DNA of 64,000 bases from Fibrobacterales bacterium (GCA_051532055.1 JAOPTX010000032.1:64001-128000), one strand, 5' to 3'. Positions 1-10,704 are shown, counted from the first letter of the stretch. Notes: generated by a model not told the origin, from the letters alone. Program-made: numbers and translations.

Positions 1-800
1 TAAAAAAGAATATACTGGCCGACATCAGTTACTTGATAACTTACTTGATACAGTTTTTTATCTGCGTTTATGAGATACAATTTTTGTTTGTAAGGAGTAT
101 AAGGCGATTTTTTCATGTGACCTTGTATTTGAATCTCATAAGGAAACTCTCTTGGCAAATAGTAGCTCACAAAACCTAATGGTGGGCGTGTAGAGCTTGT
201 CATTAAATTAAAACGCTTCTCATGACTCGCCGGTTCAATTTTAGTAACCTCTCCCGCTTTATTTTTTAACTCAGTTGGTGTGGTCACATTTTTATCCATT
301 TGTATGCTTTTAACACCTTCAATGATTATACCATCAATATTAAGTACATTACGCACCTTATCAATTACCAACACAGAATCACCTAGATTATTAATAATAG
401 CCTCTAGCAAACTACTACTTGATTCAAGCTCTTCACTACTCGATTCATTATCAGACGAAGAGGAAACGGATGATGAGATCTCTTCTGTGCTACTTGATTC
501 CTGAACAGAACTTATTTCTTCTCCACTGCTTGACTCTATTTCTGATGATTCACCATCTATAGTTTCTTCAGAAGACTCTGTATTGATAGGGTCACCACCA
601 ACCTCAGAGCTTTCATCTATAGAAATGTCAGAACTTTCAACAGCATCACTGCTTTGACCATCAAAGGCCTCGATACTTGATTGTTCATTTTCTGAGCTAC
701 TCCCATTCTCCGAAACCTCTGGTGATGTTTGTCCATCATTTGAGCAATTACAGAGTACTACTACCGCAGCAACAAGCCACGCGTGTTTAAATAATTTCAT
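1..800 (-). CDS. Ser/Glu-rich linker lipoprotein, partial (runs off the left edge)
   Basis: Not in the ORF track. Hand translation from ATG at 800 gives MKLFKHAWLVAAVVVLCNCSNDGQTSP..., a lipobox-like LCNC followed by a long S/E-rich linker. G-run RBS upstream. The start and the last 120 nt were translated in frame without stops. Confidence 0.8.
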   Translation of the reverse strand, partial: MKLFKHAWLVAAVVVLCNCSNDGQTSPEVSENGSSSENEQSSIEAFDGQSSDAVESSDISIDESSEVGGDPINTESSEETIDGESSEIESSSGEEISSVQESSSTEEISSSVSSSSDNESSSEELESSSSLLEAIINNLGDSVLVIDKVRNVLNIDGIIIEGVKSIQMDKNVTTPTELKNKAGEVTKIEPASHEKRFNLMTSSTRPPLGFVSYYLPREFPYEIQIQGHMKKSPYTPYKQKLYLINADKKLYQVSYQVTDVGQYILF

Positions 801-896
801 AATTCCCCCCAGAATTATTAGAGAAGCTCTGCACCAGTAATTACCTTCACTAAAGAGAGCCCTCTGAATGTATATGTGCGTTTTAAATCTATTAAC

Positions 897-929
897 GAAT
901 AAGGGGATTCGCATGGAATCCCCTTATTC
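897..929 (-). terminator. Intrinsic terminator-like hairpin downstream of the esterase gene
   Basis: GAATAAGGGGATTC-gcatg-GAATCCCCTTATTC, a perfect 14-bp stem. Confidence 0.65.
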
Positions 930-999
930 AAATAGTTGTTTCAGTGATATCTGTTCATTAACTGTTCTTTTACCCCTGTTATTGGGGCAAATACACGTA

Positions 1000-1971
1000 T
1001 TATTGCACTTTTTGAAGCATCTCCGAAAATACACGTTCTTGTAATACGCTGTCTGCTGCAGTTGCACGGTTATCGAGATGGGTAAATACATGAGTGTCAC
1101 TATCAAGCAACTCTACATGAGAACGATTGAGGTCAGAACCATTAGCTTGCTGTAACCCACGATATATATAGAGTGCACTTACTGGATCTGCTGAACCATC
1201 AATTTTAGCTTTATACACCTTAATTGAGCTCCCCTCTGGTAATGAAAAGCCCTCTTCAAGTTTATCTCTCACGATACCGATTAAATCAACGAGCTGATTG
1301 AGGGCTTCTTCTGGACGAGTAGAATACCAACCCGCCTTTTTATCGTCCTTCATTGTTGCAACATCATTGCCCAGTACAGGGCCAGCAATATCAATTAAAG
1401 TCAATATTTTATTACCCGGTACAATGATAGGATCAATCAGAAAAAACTGATTGACACTATTAGCGGCAAAGCGACCCCGCTCTATTTCATTTAATAGAAT
1501 GGTACCCCCTGTAGATGAGCCAGCAAAGCTAATATTAGTATACCCGAGCGCTTGAAGTTTTTTAAATTCATCAATCACAGGCTTACTCCAGTCCTCCCAA
1601 GTCCCCCGCTCAAAGCTCTCATAATCACGCCCATGAGCCCCCATAAGAACCAATGAGATAAAGGCGTGATGTTGACTACTCGCAGAATCAGCAAAAGTTC
1701 TAAACTGGTGCCATTCATAGGTCGAAGCAGAAAAACCATGCACTGCTATAATTACCGGAACATTGAGCTCCTCTGCAGTCGGGCTTGGCTTCCAAGTAGA
1801 GAGTAGATACTCGCTTGAGTCTTTTAAATAGAGACTCGGCAACAGTTCTGGATTATTGGCCAGAGATGGATCAACAATAACAGCACCATCAAGTAGTGTG
1901 TCATCTGTCTTAGGATCAACTAAACATCCCACAAAAAGGGTTACGCACCAAATCATTACTAAGAGTTTCAT
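1000..1971 (-). CDS. Alpha/beta-hydrolase (carboxylesterase-like) lipoprotein
   Basis: Lipobox FVGC; HGF oxyanion motif; GSSTGG nucleophile elbow; candidate catalytic Asp (DGSADP) and His (HVFT). Confidence 0.8.
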   Translation of the reverse strand: MKLLVMIWCVTLFVGCLVDPKTDDTLLDGAVIVDPSLANNPELLPSLYLKDSSEYLLSTWKPSPTAEELNVPVIIAVHGFSASTYEWHQFRTFADSASSQHHAFISLVLMGAHGRDYESFERGTWEDWSKPVIDEFKKLQALGYTNISFAGSSTGGTILLNEIERGRFAANSVNQFFLIDPIIVPGNKILTLIDIAGPVLGNDVATMKDDKKAGWYSTRPEEALNQLVDLIGIVRDKLEEGFSLPEGSSIKVYKAKIDGSADPVSALYIYRGLQQANGSDLNRSHVELLDSDTHVFTHLDNRATAADSVLQERVFSEMLQKVQ

Positions 1972-2580
1972 CTATAGCCCCCATGCATAGGTTAAGCCAA
2001 TAGAATACGTAAGGGGAAATACCAGATTCGACTCCTGAATTACATGATATCCTGCACTTCCATAGATAGAAAAACAGTCATAAAAGTTAGATTGGACACC
2101 AAAAGTAGGCAGTACAATAAATGAGCTTGTTGTGAGGACATTACCAAAAATTTCTTCTTCATCACTGGTCAACTCATTAAAAAAGTATCCCCCTTTGAGC
2201 CCTATAAAAGGCGAGATATACCGTCCCTCTCGAAAGAAGTAGGTCACCCCACCAAGAAACAGATTTCCAACGATAACATTTGGGGCAAGTAATCCTGAAC
2301 CCAAACGGCTACTACTATACTCGGCAGAGAATTCCAGACTCTTGCTCAATATCGTTTCTGATTGTAAGCCAACCTTTAAACCCATAGACCAATTTAAATT
2401 ATGATTATTTCTATAATGCGGCGTTACATTTACACGCACTTCCCTTGCGAGCACCATTTGAGCCATGAGCAAAAGAAGGCAGAAAATTATTTTCGGTGCT
2501 CCAAAGAGCGAACCAAAGGTATGTTGCGTCATTTTATTTACCATAAAAATGTTATCCCAAATATAAATATATACCCCCAT
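1972..2580 (-). CDS. Putative outer-membrane beta-barrel protein
   Basis: Signal-peptide-like segment, amphipathic beta-strands, C-terminal YSIGLTYAW. The true start is probably a downstream Met. Abuts the esterase gene. Confidence 0.55.
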   Translation of the reverse strand: MGVYIYIWDNIFMVNKMTQHTFGSLFGAPKIIFCLLLLMAQMVLAREVRVNVTPHYRNNHNLNWSMGLKVGLQSETILSKSLEFSAEYSSSRLGSGLLAPNVIVGNLFLGGVTYFFREGRYISPFIGLKGGYFFNELTSDEEEIFGNVLTTSSFIVLPTFGVQSNFYDCFSIYGSAGYHVIQESNLVFPLTYSIGLTYAWGL

Positions 2581-2723
2581 TAGACGAATAACACCCTCTT
2601 CTTGGGGTACGAATCCTACAAAAAAAGAATTGCTCCTCCCTTTTTTCCATTTATGGTTGCATCCTCCACTTTTGAATGATACACTGGTTACACAATTATA
2701 TTTTATATCTAATAAGGAATACT

Positions 2724-2987
2724 ATGAGTTTAATCGAGTACAATGAGTTTTGGAAACAAGTACACAACCTTCTTGAAACAATTAAATGCGAAAACACACC
2801 ACTTGATTACCAGCTCTATGCAGTTGAAGAAGATGATGACCTTAATGTTGTCGTTCTGTCTCATTACCAAGAAAAGCTCGGCCTTCTTAAAGGTGACATG
2901 GTCGACACCCTCCCAATCAACATAGCATACCATCGGCTTATGACCTTATCCCACTCAATTAAGTCCTTTTTTAAGGTCGCATGCTAA
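2724..2987 (+). CDS. Hypothetical protein
   Basis: ORF 2676-2987; AAGGA RBS precedes ATG at 2724 (MSLIEY). Confidence 0.55.
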   Translation: MSLIEYNEFWKQVHNLLETIKCENTPLDYQLYAVEEDDDLNVVVLSHYQEKLGLLKGDMVDTLPINIAYHRLMTLSHSIKSFFKVAC

Positions 2988-3135
2988 GAACATATCTGTC
3001 AGATACATAAGATTTATCTAATATCCACACTATTTTCAAGCAAGCTTAGCTACAACACATAAACTAGTTTGAATACCTAAAATTTCGAATATATTTATAG
3101 GGCCCCTATAATTTCCTGCTTACGATAAGGACCCT

Positions 3136-3267
3136 ATGTATACTCTACTTTTTTTATCTATTGTTGCACTTTTCTGCATCTGTTGCTCTGATTATGATGG
3201 ATCAGCTCTTTCAAACTCAGTGCCTCATTCTTCTCAAGAACAGACTATCCAGCCTCCCCAACAATAA
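3136..3267 (+). CDS. Small (43 aa) putative lipoprotein
   Basis: Below the ORF-track cut-off. ATAAGGA RBS, then MYTLLFLSIVALFCICCSDYDGSALSNSVPHSSQEQTIQPPQQ*. Confidence 0.45.
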   Translation: MYTLLFLSIVALFCICCSDYDGSALSNSVPHSSQEQTIQPPQQ

Positions 3268-3283
3268 CGGCTTTTGGCAACTA

Positions 3284-3691
3284 TTACTCAATAGTTGCCA
3301 AAAGCGCTTCAACTTCTTTCACAATGGGTACATCTGCATCAGCCCACTCAATACTCCAAAGATCAGAAACTGATAACCACCGAAGCTCTTCATGCTCATA
3401 TAACAAAATGCGATCAAGGAAGCCATCAAACACCTTACAAACAAAAGGGTACAGAGTAATGTGGGGACCTCCAACATAATGCCATTCAACTGGTGTCAGA
3501 GGATATTCAACACTTATTTCTATACCAAGCTCCTCCATTATCTCTCGCTGCAATGATGCAGTATGGCTTTCATCCGCTTCAACTTTCCCCCCAGGGAACT
3601 CCCAATAACCCGCCATTTTCATAGCATTCCCACGTTTTACCGTCAAAATTTTTCGATTATCAAATAGTACTGCACAGGTTACTGGAACCAT
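3284..3691 (-). CDS. NUDIX hydrolase, MutT/NudG-like (d)NTP pyrophosphohydrolase
   Basis: WEFPGGKVEADESHTASLQREIMEELG Nudix box; C-terminal WADAD.PIV. Confidence 0.88.
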   Translation of the reverse strand: MVPVTCAVLFDNRKILTVKRGNAMKMAGYWEFPGGKVEADESHTASLQREIMEELGIEISVEYPLTPVEWHYVGGPHITLYPFVCKVFDGFLDRILLYEHEELRWLSVSDLWSIEWADADVPIVKEVEALLATIE

Positions 3692-3766
3692 TCTATCCTC
3701 GCAATAGCTTCAAGACCCTTCAGGGTCATTGCACTCATTAAAAAATAGTACTATAATAAATGAACT

Positions 3767-4936
3767 ATGACTATTAAAGAAGTTACCCTTGATGAGTTAG
3801 AAAAAACTCTCACCTGTAGTATTGAAGAAGATGGATATGTTGCATCAGTAACAGTCGTTCAAGAACTGACTCTCAGAGAAGTCACTCAAGACTCACTCAA
3901 AAAGTACCTCAATGAACACGACATATGTGTAGGAATATTACCCTTTGGCTTAAAGCGTATTATCAATGGCATAAAAAAGTCCACCATCGGTGTCCCTACA
4001 ATTATCGCCCGAGGAACCCCAAAAGAAGAGAGTATCGAAGGAATATACACCTCACCATTTGTTGATAGTGAAAAAAACAACGCCCCCCTTGAAGGCATTC
4101 GCAAAGTACGAGCAGGTCAGGTCGTTCTCACTTATAGACCGGCCGTACGCGGTAAACCAGGCATACGCATCTCTGGTGAAATGGACCCCGTAACACCTTA
4201 TCCCCTTTTTGAAAAACCCATACCCGGCACACATATTCAAGTAATAGAAGAGAACGATACTACAACATTTATCTCTATGCAACATGGACATGTAGCGATA
4301 GATCGAAATAGCTGGTCTGTTGAGACAACCTATACACATATAGGCCCCTTTACTTCAGACTCAGCCCCCATTAACTTTCCTGGGGATGTCGTTATCCGTG
4401 GTGATGTAGAAGGCGGAACCGATCTCAATGTTAAAGGAAATCTGACCATCGTTGGCTCAATCAATCGCGGTGCAACAGTACACACCGATGGAGTGCTCAC
4501 CGTACAAAAAGAGATAGGGTGTGGCGAGAAAGGACACTGTAGTGCGGGCGTAACGATTATTGCAAAAAGCTGTACTGGTAGTACTATTAGTTCAAAAGGT
4601 GATATTGTCATTCAAAGTATGGTAATGAATAGTACCATTCATTCTGGAGGTATCTTTGCAACTCCCAAAGGAGTCATTATGGATAGCACAATTCACACAC
4701 TTAAAGGCTGTACCATTCATAGTGTTGGCGTTCCCGAAAAAGAGACCCAAAACTGCATTACGGCTGGAGTATACACTGACCCTCTCGACCAAAATGAAAT
4801 ACAGGCCCCCGAGGCACTTATAACCATAACCAACGATATCTACGGTCAAACAACCCTCGTCAACGGAGCAAAACAAATTGTTATGAGTGAGCTTACTCAC
4901 GGACCGACACGCATCAAGTTTTTTGAAATTGATTAA
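3767..4936 (+). CDS. FapA/DUF342 family protein
   Basis: IARGTP, PAVRGKPG..ISGE and INFPGDVVIRGDV beta-solenoid repeats typical of DUF342. Confidence 0.8.
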   Translation: MTIKEVTLDELEKTLTCSIEEDGYVASVTVVQELTLREVTQDSLKKYLNEHDICVGILPFGLKRIINGIKKSTIGVPTIIARGTPKEESIEGIYTSPFVDSEKNNAPLEGIRKVRAGQVVLTYRPAVRGKPGIRISGEMDPVTPYPLFEKPIPGTHIQVIEENDTTTFISMQHGHVAIDRNSWSVETTYTHIGPFTSDSAPINFPGDVVIRGDVEGGTDLNVKGNLTIVGSINRGATVHTDGVLTVQKEIGCGEKGHCSAGVTIIAKSCTGSTISSKGDIVIQSMVMNSTIHSGGIFATPKGVIMDSTIHTLKGCTIHSVGVPEKETQNCITAGVYTDPLDQNEIQAPEALITITNDIYGQTTLVNGAKQIVMSELTHGPTRIKFFEID

Positions 4937-5026
4937 TAATCATCTCTCACCGACTCATGAATAAGCAACCACTCCCAAATGGTTCTTTACTATCTTTTCC
5001 CCGATATATTTCGTTTCTTGGATAGC

Positions 5027-7906
5027 ATGGCAGATTGGCAGATTGGACAACGTTGGTTAAGTGAAGCAGAGCCCGAACTCGGACTTGGTGCCGTTATTGA
5101 ATTAGCTGGTAAAACAGTTAAACTTGAGTTCCCCGCAGTGAATGAAATACGAATGTATGTTCAAGAAAACGCTCCACTCCGCCGCTATGCACTATCAGTC
5201 GGCGACACCATACAAAGTCTCAGTGGGCTCAGTGAAGTTGTCACTGAAATCAAAAAGCAGAATGGCCTCCGCTTCTTTTTTTGTGGTGATGAAATGATAC
5301 CTGAAACCGAAATCGCCTATTCAGCAACCATCCCTAAAGATGAACTTCTCGACAAAATTCTTCATCTTGAATTTGATTCTAATGATGCCTATGAGCTCCG
5401 AATTAAAGCACATGAAATAAACCGAGAGATTATCGGATCGCGCACTCGAGGACTTATCGGCCCTAAAGTAAGCCTGATTCCCCACCAATTTTATATCGCC
5501 GACTCTTCTGTGACTAAAAATCGCCTCCCTCGAAAGCTCCTTGCCGACGAAGTCGGTCTTGGAAAAACTATCGAAGCGGGCCTCATTTACCATCAGCTCA
5601 AACTTACAAGTCGGGTGACAAAAACGTTAATTCTTACCCCCCCTTCTCTTAAACACCAATGGATGGTTGAGCTCTATAGACGCTTTAATCAAATGTTTAC
5701 CATCATTGATGAAGAGGCTGTTGAAGCACTCTGTGGCCCCGATGAAGACACCAACCCCTTTGAAAGTGCACAAGAAATCTTATGTGACATTGACTACCTT
5801 ATTGAGACTCCCGACGTAATGGAAGACCTCCTCAATACTAAATTCGATCTCCTCATAGTCGATGAAGCACACCACTACGAACTCGATTCCCCCGAAACTG
5901 CAGCCCAGTATGCGCTTTTAAAAGCACTATGCGATCGCACACCAGGAGTCCTCCTCCTTACTGCAACTCCCGAGCAGCTCAATCCAGTCTCTCACTTTAA
6001 TCGATTACAACTCCTCGATCCGCTCAAATACAGCACCTTCGAAGAGTGGCAAGAGAATCGAACCCACTATTCAGAACTCGCGCACACCCTTGAAGCGCTC
6101 CTACAAAGTCATATTGATGGGCATACTATTACTTGGAAAGACCTCATTGAAGCATTCCCCAATGATAATCGTATACATGCCCTTGCAGAGAGTACCGAAC
6201 ACAATTTTAGACCTCAAGATGTCATTCGTCATCTTATTGATACTATGGGTACCGGTGAAGTTATGGTTCGTAATACTCGAGCAGCCATTGGTGGTTTTCC
6301 CGGCCGTGCGGTCCATGGATATGCTCTCGACCTTTCGACAGAGTATCGAGACGCAGTCACAAAGTATCAAGCTGTTGATACCTCACTCGGCTTTGCCATT
6401 AACAATTTTATGGCTCTCGATAGTGACGCATTTAAAAAAACCACCAATCCACTCCCTAAGAAAACAACCCTCAGTCAACTCTGGCTTAAAGACGAACGAG
6501 TCGTTTGGCTTGCCCAATTTCTTGAGGCCAATCACAATAAAAAAATCCTTTGTATTTGCGCCCACAAGCAAACCGTTCTTGCCCTCAAAGAGGCTATTGA
6601 TAGAATTTATAAAATCAATATCGCTCTCTTTTACGAAGAGATGTCACTGGTTGCTCGTGACCGCGCAGCTGCATGGTTTGCAGAAGATGAAGGGGCACGG
6701 CTTCTCATCGCTTCAGAAATAGGCAGTGAAGGGCGTAACTTCCAGTTCTCTCACGACCTTGTACTCTTTGACCTCATGCCTGAACCAGGTGTTATTGATC
6801 AACGTATTGGACGACTCGATAGAATCGGACAAACAGAAACCATCAACATCCATGTTCCCTATGTTGCCGGAACCGCTCTTGAAGCGCTCTTTACCTGGCA
6901 CCATAGCGGTCTCAACTCTCTGAACTTCCCTATTCTTGGGGGCGACACACTGTACCACACCTTTTTTGATCAACTCCATCACTTTTTGGCCAATGGGGTG
7001 GATGACTCCTTCTCATCATTTATTGAATCAGTACAAAAAGAAACTGCATCAGTCAGACAGACTCTTGAAGAAGGGCGTGATAAACTCCTCGAGCTTAACT
7101 CATTTGACAAAGAGTATACCGAGAAACTCCTGGACTCAATAAAAGAACAGGATGAGAGTGGTAATACACAAGAATTTGCCTTTGATGTACTTTCACATAT
7201 TGGGCTCGATATTGAAAAAGCACCCCACCCCTATTCATGGGTCTTTTTACCTAATGCACAAATGAAAATTGATTCGTTCCCTGGCATTCCGGAAGAAGGC
7301 CTTACGGTAACAACCAGCCGAGAGCAAGCACTCGTTCGTGATGACCTCGCCTACCTCAGTACCGACCACCCAGTAACTCTAGCTGCACTTGATATGACCT
7401 TAGGCACCACTGCTGGTCAAGCCGCTTTTGTTACCTGGAAAAAATCGCCCAAAAGTGGCCTCTACTTTGAGTTCTCTTTTACCTGGCATGTATCATCGAG
7501 TCCAGAATGGGGTGTACAACACCTTCTCGTTCCTCAAAACTATCACATGGTATTTGATGTAACAGGCAAAGAGTTTTCTACCCTTAATTTTGCAGAAGAG
7601 CTCATTGATGATGGACAACCAGCAATGCTTGAACCATATATTGAACTCATCGACTCCCTCGTGCCTAATTTGAAAAACCACGCATATACCTTATTACAAG
7701 AACGGGTAGAGATGGAAAAAGTCACCATGACTGAAGAAGTTGCCAAAAGTTTTAGTAGTGATCTAGAGCGGGTACAATTCTTTTGCGAAGGAAGCGATGT
7801 TAAAAAAGAGATTGCGCTTATTAAGAATAAAATTGCAACACTCAGCCAAGCAATCAGTTCGACCGACATCCAATTAGATGGTATCCGAATTGTTCTAGCA
7901 GAGTAA
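5027..7906 (+). CDS. rapA: RNA polymerase-associated SNF2-family ATPase RapA (HepA)
   Basis: GQRWLSEAEPELGLG N-terminus, LADEVGLGKTIEAG, DEAH, LLTATPEQL, SEIGSEGRNFQF, QRIGRLDRIGQ. The ORF track starts at 4979; the likely start is MADWQIGQ at 5027. Confidence 0.93.
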   Translation: MADWQIGQRWLSEAEPELGLGAVIELAGKTVKLEFPAVNEIRMYVQENAPLRRYALSVGDTIQSLSGLSEVVTEIKKQNGLRFFFCGDEMIPETEIAYSATIPKDELLDKILHLEFDSNDAYELRIKAHEINREIIGSRTRGLIGPKVSLIPHQFYIADSSVTKNRLPRKLLADEVGLGKTIEAGLIYHQLKLTSRVTKTLILTPPSLKHQWMVELYRRFNQMFTIIDEEAVEALCGPDEDTNPFESAQEILCDIDYLIETPDVMEDLLNTKFDLLIVDEAHHYELDSPETAAQYALLKALCDRTPGVLLLTATPEQLNPVSHFNRLQLLDPLKYSTFEEWQENRTHYSELAHTLEALLQSHIDGHTITWKDLIEAFPNDNRIHALAESTEHNFRPQDVIRHLIDTMGTGEVMVRNTRAAIGGFPGRAVHGYALDLSTEYRDAVTKYQAVDTSLGFAINNFMALDSDAFKKTTNPLPKKTTLSQLWLKDERVVWLAQFLEANHNKKILCICAHKQTVLALKEAIDRIYKINIALFYEEMSLVARDRAAAWFAEDEGARLLIASEIGSEGRNFQFSHDLVLFDLMPEPGVIDQRIGRLDRIGQTETINIHVPYVAGTALEALFTWHHSGLNSLNFPILGGDTLYHTFFDQLHHFLANGVDDSFSSFIESVQKETASVRQTLEEGRDKLLELNSFDKEYTEKLLDSIKEQDESGNTQEFAFDVLSHIGLDIEKAPHPYSWVFLPNAQMKIDSFPGIPEEGLTVTTSREQALVRDDLAYLSTDHPVTLAALDMTLGTTAGQAAFVTWKKSPKSGLYFEFSFTWHVSSSPEWGVQHLLVPQNYHMVFDVTGKEFSTLNFAEELIDDGQPAMLEPYIELIDSLVPNLKNHAYTLLQERVEMEKVTMTEEVAKSFSSDLERVQFFCEGSDVKKEIALIKNKIATLSQAISSTDIQLDGIRIVLAE

Positions 7907-7920
7907 ATAGGTACTATTTT

Positions 7921-8460
7921 TTATATAGGAATTGCTATGCGAGGGCGATTTGAGAACCATTTCATTCGAGAAAAGAATGTCATATACTCAATGATCAGCA
8001 TGATATTGAGTGCAAGAGCCAGAAGCGACTGCAGGCCAAAGAGTTGTTTGGAAGTTGCAATATGCTCTTCTATCTCGTATGCATCAAGTACAAGATAAGG
8101 CGAATCAATATCAGTCACTAAATAGCGACCAAATATGGTTTTCTTAGCAAATACTCGTACTGCATCGTGTAAATTAAGCGCCAATTCGAACTCTTGTGCA
8201 TTCGATGGGTCCAGCATAAGGTCAAACTTAAGCTCATTACTAAACTTAAAAGAATACCGATTCGTTATTTGCTTAGAAATAGTAGTCAGATGACCATACA
8301 CCATAATTGTTGGAGACGTATCAGCTCTATCAATAATTAAGTAATTCAATGCTGAATAACTAAATAAAATAGTGACCAATAGCATTAATACCAAGCACCA
8401 AATACGATTTATTACTCTTCTAAAGGCTCTACGGAGAATGAATACGTCTGAATGTGCCAT
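7921..8460 (-). CDS. Hypothetical membrane protein (2 TM)
   Basis: Two hydrophobic helices; start overlaps the upstream stop (TAATG). Confidence 0.6.
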   Translation of the reverse strand: MAHSDVFILRRAFRRVINRIWCLVLMLLVTILFSYSALNYLIIDRADTSPTIMVYGHLTTISKQITNRYSFKFSNELKFDLMLDPSNAQEFELALNLHDAVRVFAKKTIFGRYLVTDIDSPYLVLDAYEIEEHIATSKQLFGLQSLLALALNIMLIIEYMTFFSRMKWFSNRPRIAIPI

Positions 8461-9164
8461 TAAATATTATCGCGTCCGGTTATAAGCTTCTTGATATAAT
8501 ACCGTATAGGGTTACGATATTTCTCTTTTTTCCACGGTCGGCTACTGTGCGGGCGGTGGTATACTCTTTGGTTTAGTAGTATATAATTTTTATACCCAAA
8601 ACTCCGTGCTTTTTTTGATAATTCAACATCAAACCACGATTTTTTTGGATGGAGCTCCTCTATCGGAAATTGAGATAAAAAAGTATCCGTTATGAGCGTG
8701 CAACAAAAAGAGACCCTTTTATGCGTTTCAACAATCTCTCCTGTATGTTTACCCACATATTCATAAGGATAACAGACTGCATTATGCTCATCAACCGTCA
8801 CCGCCCCGACCATTCCTGGCTTATCTGCATTACGAGAAAATTCATAAAGTTCCTCTATTGTCGATTTTTCGATGCGTACATCCGACTCAATAAAAAGAAT
8901 CGCTCTTCCTTTACGCCTTTGGGCAAGCTCTTGTAAGAGATGCCATTGATTTGGTGAATCACCAGCCCCAATCTCTTTCGCGGTGATAAGAGAAAGAGAA
9001 TAAAAAGTAGCGGCATTTTTAAGCCATTCCCTGGTTTCATCTCCAGAGTGGTCATCAAAGAGTAAATACTCACTATCGCCTTTATAAGCAACCACTGTTT
9101 CAATGGTCTCACGTGCGGTATTGAGAGAATCTTTGACAGGTGTGACAATCAAAATTGGTAACAA
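8460..9164 (-). CDS. Glycosyltransferase family 2 protein
   Basis: IVTPVKD, FDDHSGD and FIESDV (DxD-like) motifs; GT-A fold pattern. Confidence 0.8.
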   Translation of the reverse strand: MLPILIVTPVKDSLNTARETIETVVAYKGDSEYLLFDDHSGDETREWLKNAATFYSLSLITAKEIGAGDSPNQWHLLQELAQRRKGRAILFIESDVRIEKSTIEELYEFSRNADKPGMVGAVTVDEHNAVCYPYEYVGKHTGEIVETHKRVSFCCTLITDTFLSQFPIEELHPKKSWFDVELSKKARSFGYKNYILLNQRVYHRPHSSRPWKKEKYRNPIRYYIKKLITGRDNI

Positions 9165-9259
9165 TTGTACTCACTCATGCTCAAATTAAGCATATTAGAC
9201 AGGAATTCATACACCATTTATAGTATACTTTACACAGAGCGACAACTAAAAATGGGACC

Positions 9260-10279
9260 ATGTCAGAGTTTAGACAAAACGTTACAACGGGAGAATGGGT
9301 AATCATATCCAAAGAACGTGCTGCACGCCCGGAAGATTTTAAATGTTCACTTTCGGCCGAACGTGATTCCCTTTCAAATTATGATGTTGATTGCCCGTTC
9401 TGCAAAGGCAATGAGCACAAAGCAACGGAAAAGACTCACCAAATCGGCGAAGACCACAACTGGTCCATTCGAGTTTTTCCCAATAAATTTGCGGCCCTTA
9501 ATACTCAAGCCAATCCAAGAAGAGTGAGTAATGGAATGCACCTCACTGCTGGTGGCTATGGAATTTCAGAGGTAATTGTCGAATCCCCGTTACATAATGC
9601 AAATCCTGCACTTATGTCGGCCTGCCACATTGAAGATATTCTTACTGCCTATAAAGAGCGCTACACAGCCATTACCTCAGATTTAAATATATCAATGGTC
9701 AATATATTTAGAAATCATGGACCTACTGCAGGTGCCTCACTCAACCACCCCCATTCACAAATTATTGGGAGTATGGTTTCGACACCAGCAATTAACGAGC
9801 AAATAAATTATGCACGCCGTGCATCAAATACCTGGGGTACCTGTGTCTACTGTGACCTCATTACTTTTGAGCTCAAAGAAAAAGAGCGCATTATTGCCGA
9901 ATCTGAGCACTTTATTGCTCTTTCGCCATTCGCTTCACGCTCACCCTTTGAGACCCGCATCTACCCCAAAAGACATCAATCACACTATAACGAAATTTCA
10001 AGTGTAGAGATTATAGACTTAGCTACAGTCCTAAAATCGGCCCTGGGCAAGCTCTATGTTTGTCTTGACAATCCAGATTATAATTATATAATCAGATCTA
10101 TGACGACAAAAGATGGGGAAGTCCCCTACTATCATTGGTATGTAGTAATCATACCTAAGATATCAAAAGTCGCCGGATTTGAAATTGGCAGTGGTATTTA
10201 TATCAATACAGCTATACCGGAGATGTGCGCACAGGCCCTCCGTGAGGCGAATGAACCGGAGGTAACCTGTGGAGAATAG
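9260..10279 (+). CDS. galT: Galactose-1-phosphate uridylyltransferase
   Basis: ERAARP, CPFC, PNKF, GASLNHPHSQ active-site motif, GFEIGSG. Confidence 0.92.
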   Translation: MSEFRQNVTTGEWVIISKERAARPEDFKCSLSAERDSLSNYDVDCPFCKGNEHKATEKTHQIGEDHNWSIRVFPNKFAALNTQANPRRVSNGMHLTAGGYGISEVIVESPLHNANPALMSACHIEDILTAYKERYTAITSDLNISMVNIFRNHGPTAGASLNHPHSQIIGSMVSTPAINEQINYARRASNTWGTCVYCDLITFELKEKERIIAESEHFIALSPFASRSPFETRIYPKRHQSHYNEISSVEIIDLATVLKSALGKLYVCLDNPDYNYIIRSMTTKDGEVPYYHWYVVIIPKISKVAGFEIGSGIYINTAIPEMCAQALREANEPEVTCGE

Positions 10280-10622
10280 AAGACTCAAGCGGAAACATCT
10301 TATCTACTATTTACGAATATTTTTTGCACACAATCGCGAATTGGTAGGTCATCTAGTAGATATTACGACGGAAGGCATCATGGTCATCAGTGAAGAGCCT
10401 ATAGAAAACAACACTGTCTACGAATTTGCTATGGACCTCCCAGAAGAGATCGCAGGCAAAAAAGAGATGCATTTTAAGGCGAAATGTGTGTGGGCCACAA
10501 ATGCTTCAAATCCTGATTTCTACGACTCGGGCTTCACCTTAGTCGATGCAAGTGAAGAGAACCTTCTCATCATTAAAACACTTGTACAAATTTTTGGATT
10601 TGGTTCGGAAAAAGAGGGTTAA
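10269..10622 (+). CDS. PilZ domain protein (c-di-GMP receptor)
   Basis: NRRLKRK (RxxxR) and DITTEG (DxSxxG-like) motifs; GTG start. Confidence 0.82.
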   Translation: MENRRLKRKHLIYYLRIFFAHNRELVGHLVDITTEGIMVISEEPIENNTVYEFAMDLPEEIAGKKEMHFKAKCVWATNASNPDFYDSGFTLVDASEENLLIIKTLVQIFGFGSEKEG

Positions 10623-10704
10623 CAGCAAACCCTCTCTGTGTATCCTCAAGATATGATTGTATCTTAAGGCTTATCACATTCACAACATAAATGAGCGCAT
10701 ACCA

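Noticed and set aside
280..504. Short ORF-track entries antisense to or nested in long genes (for example 280-504, 6090-6722, 30446-30862, 34634-35206, 63085-63477)
   Set aside because: They are shadow frames of well-supported genes, with no recognisable motifs.
810..870. Riboswitch in the leader of the 1-800 lipoprotein
   Set aside because: Only a weak ~7-bp stem with G-U pairs and no recognisable aptamer consensus.
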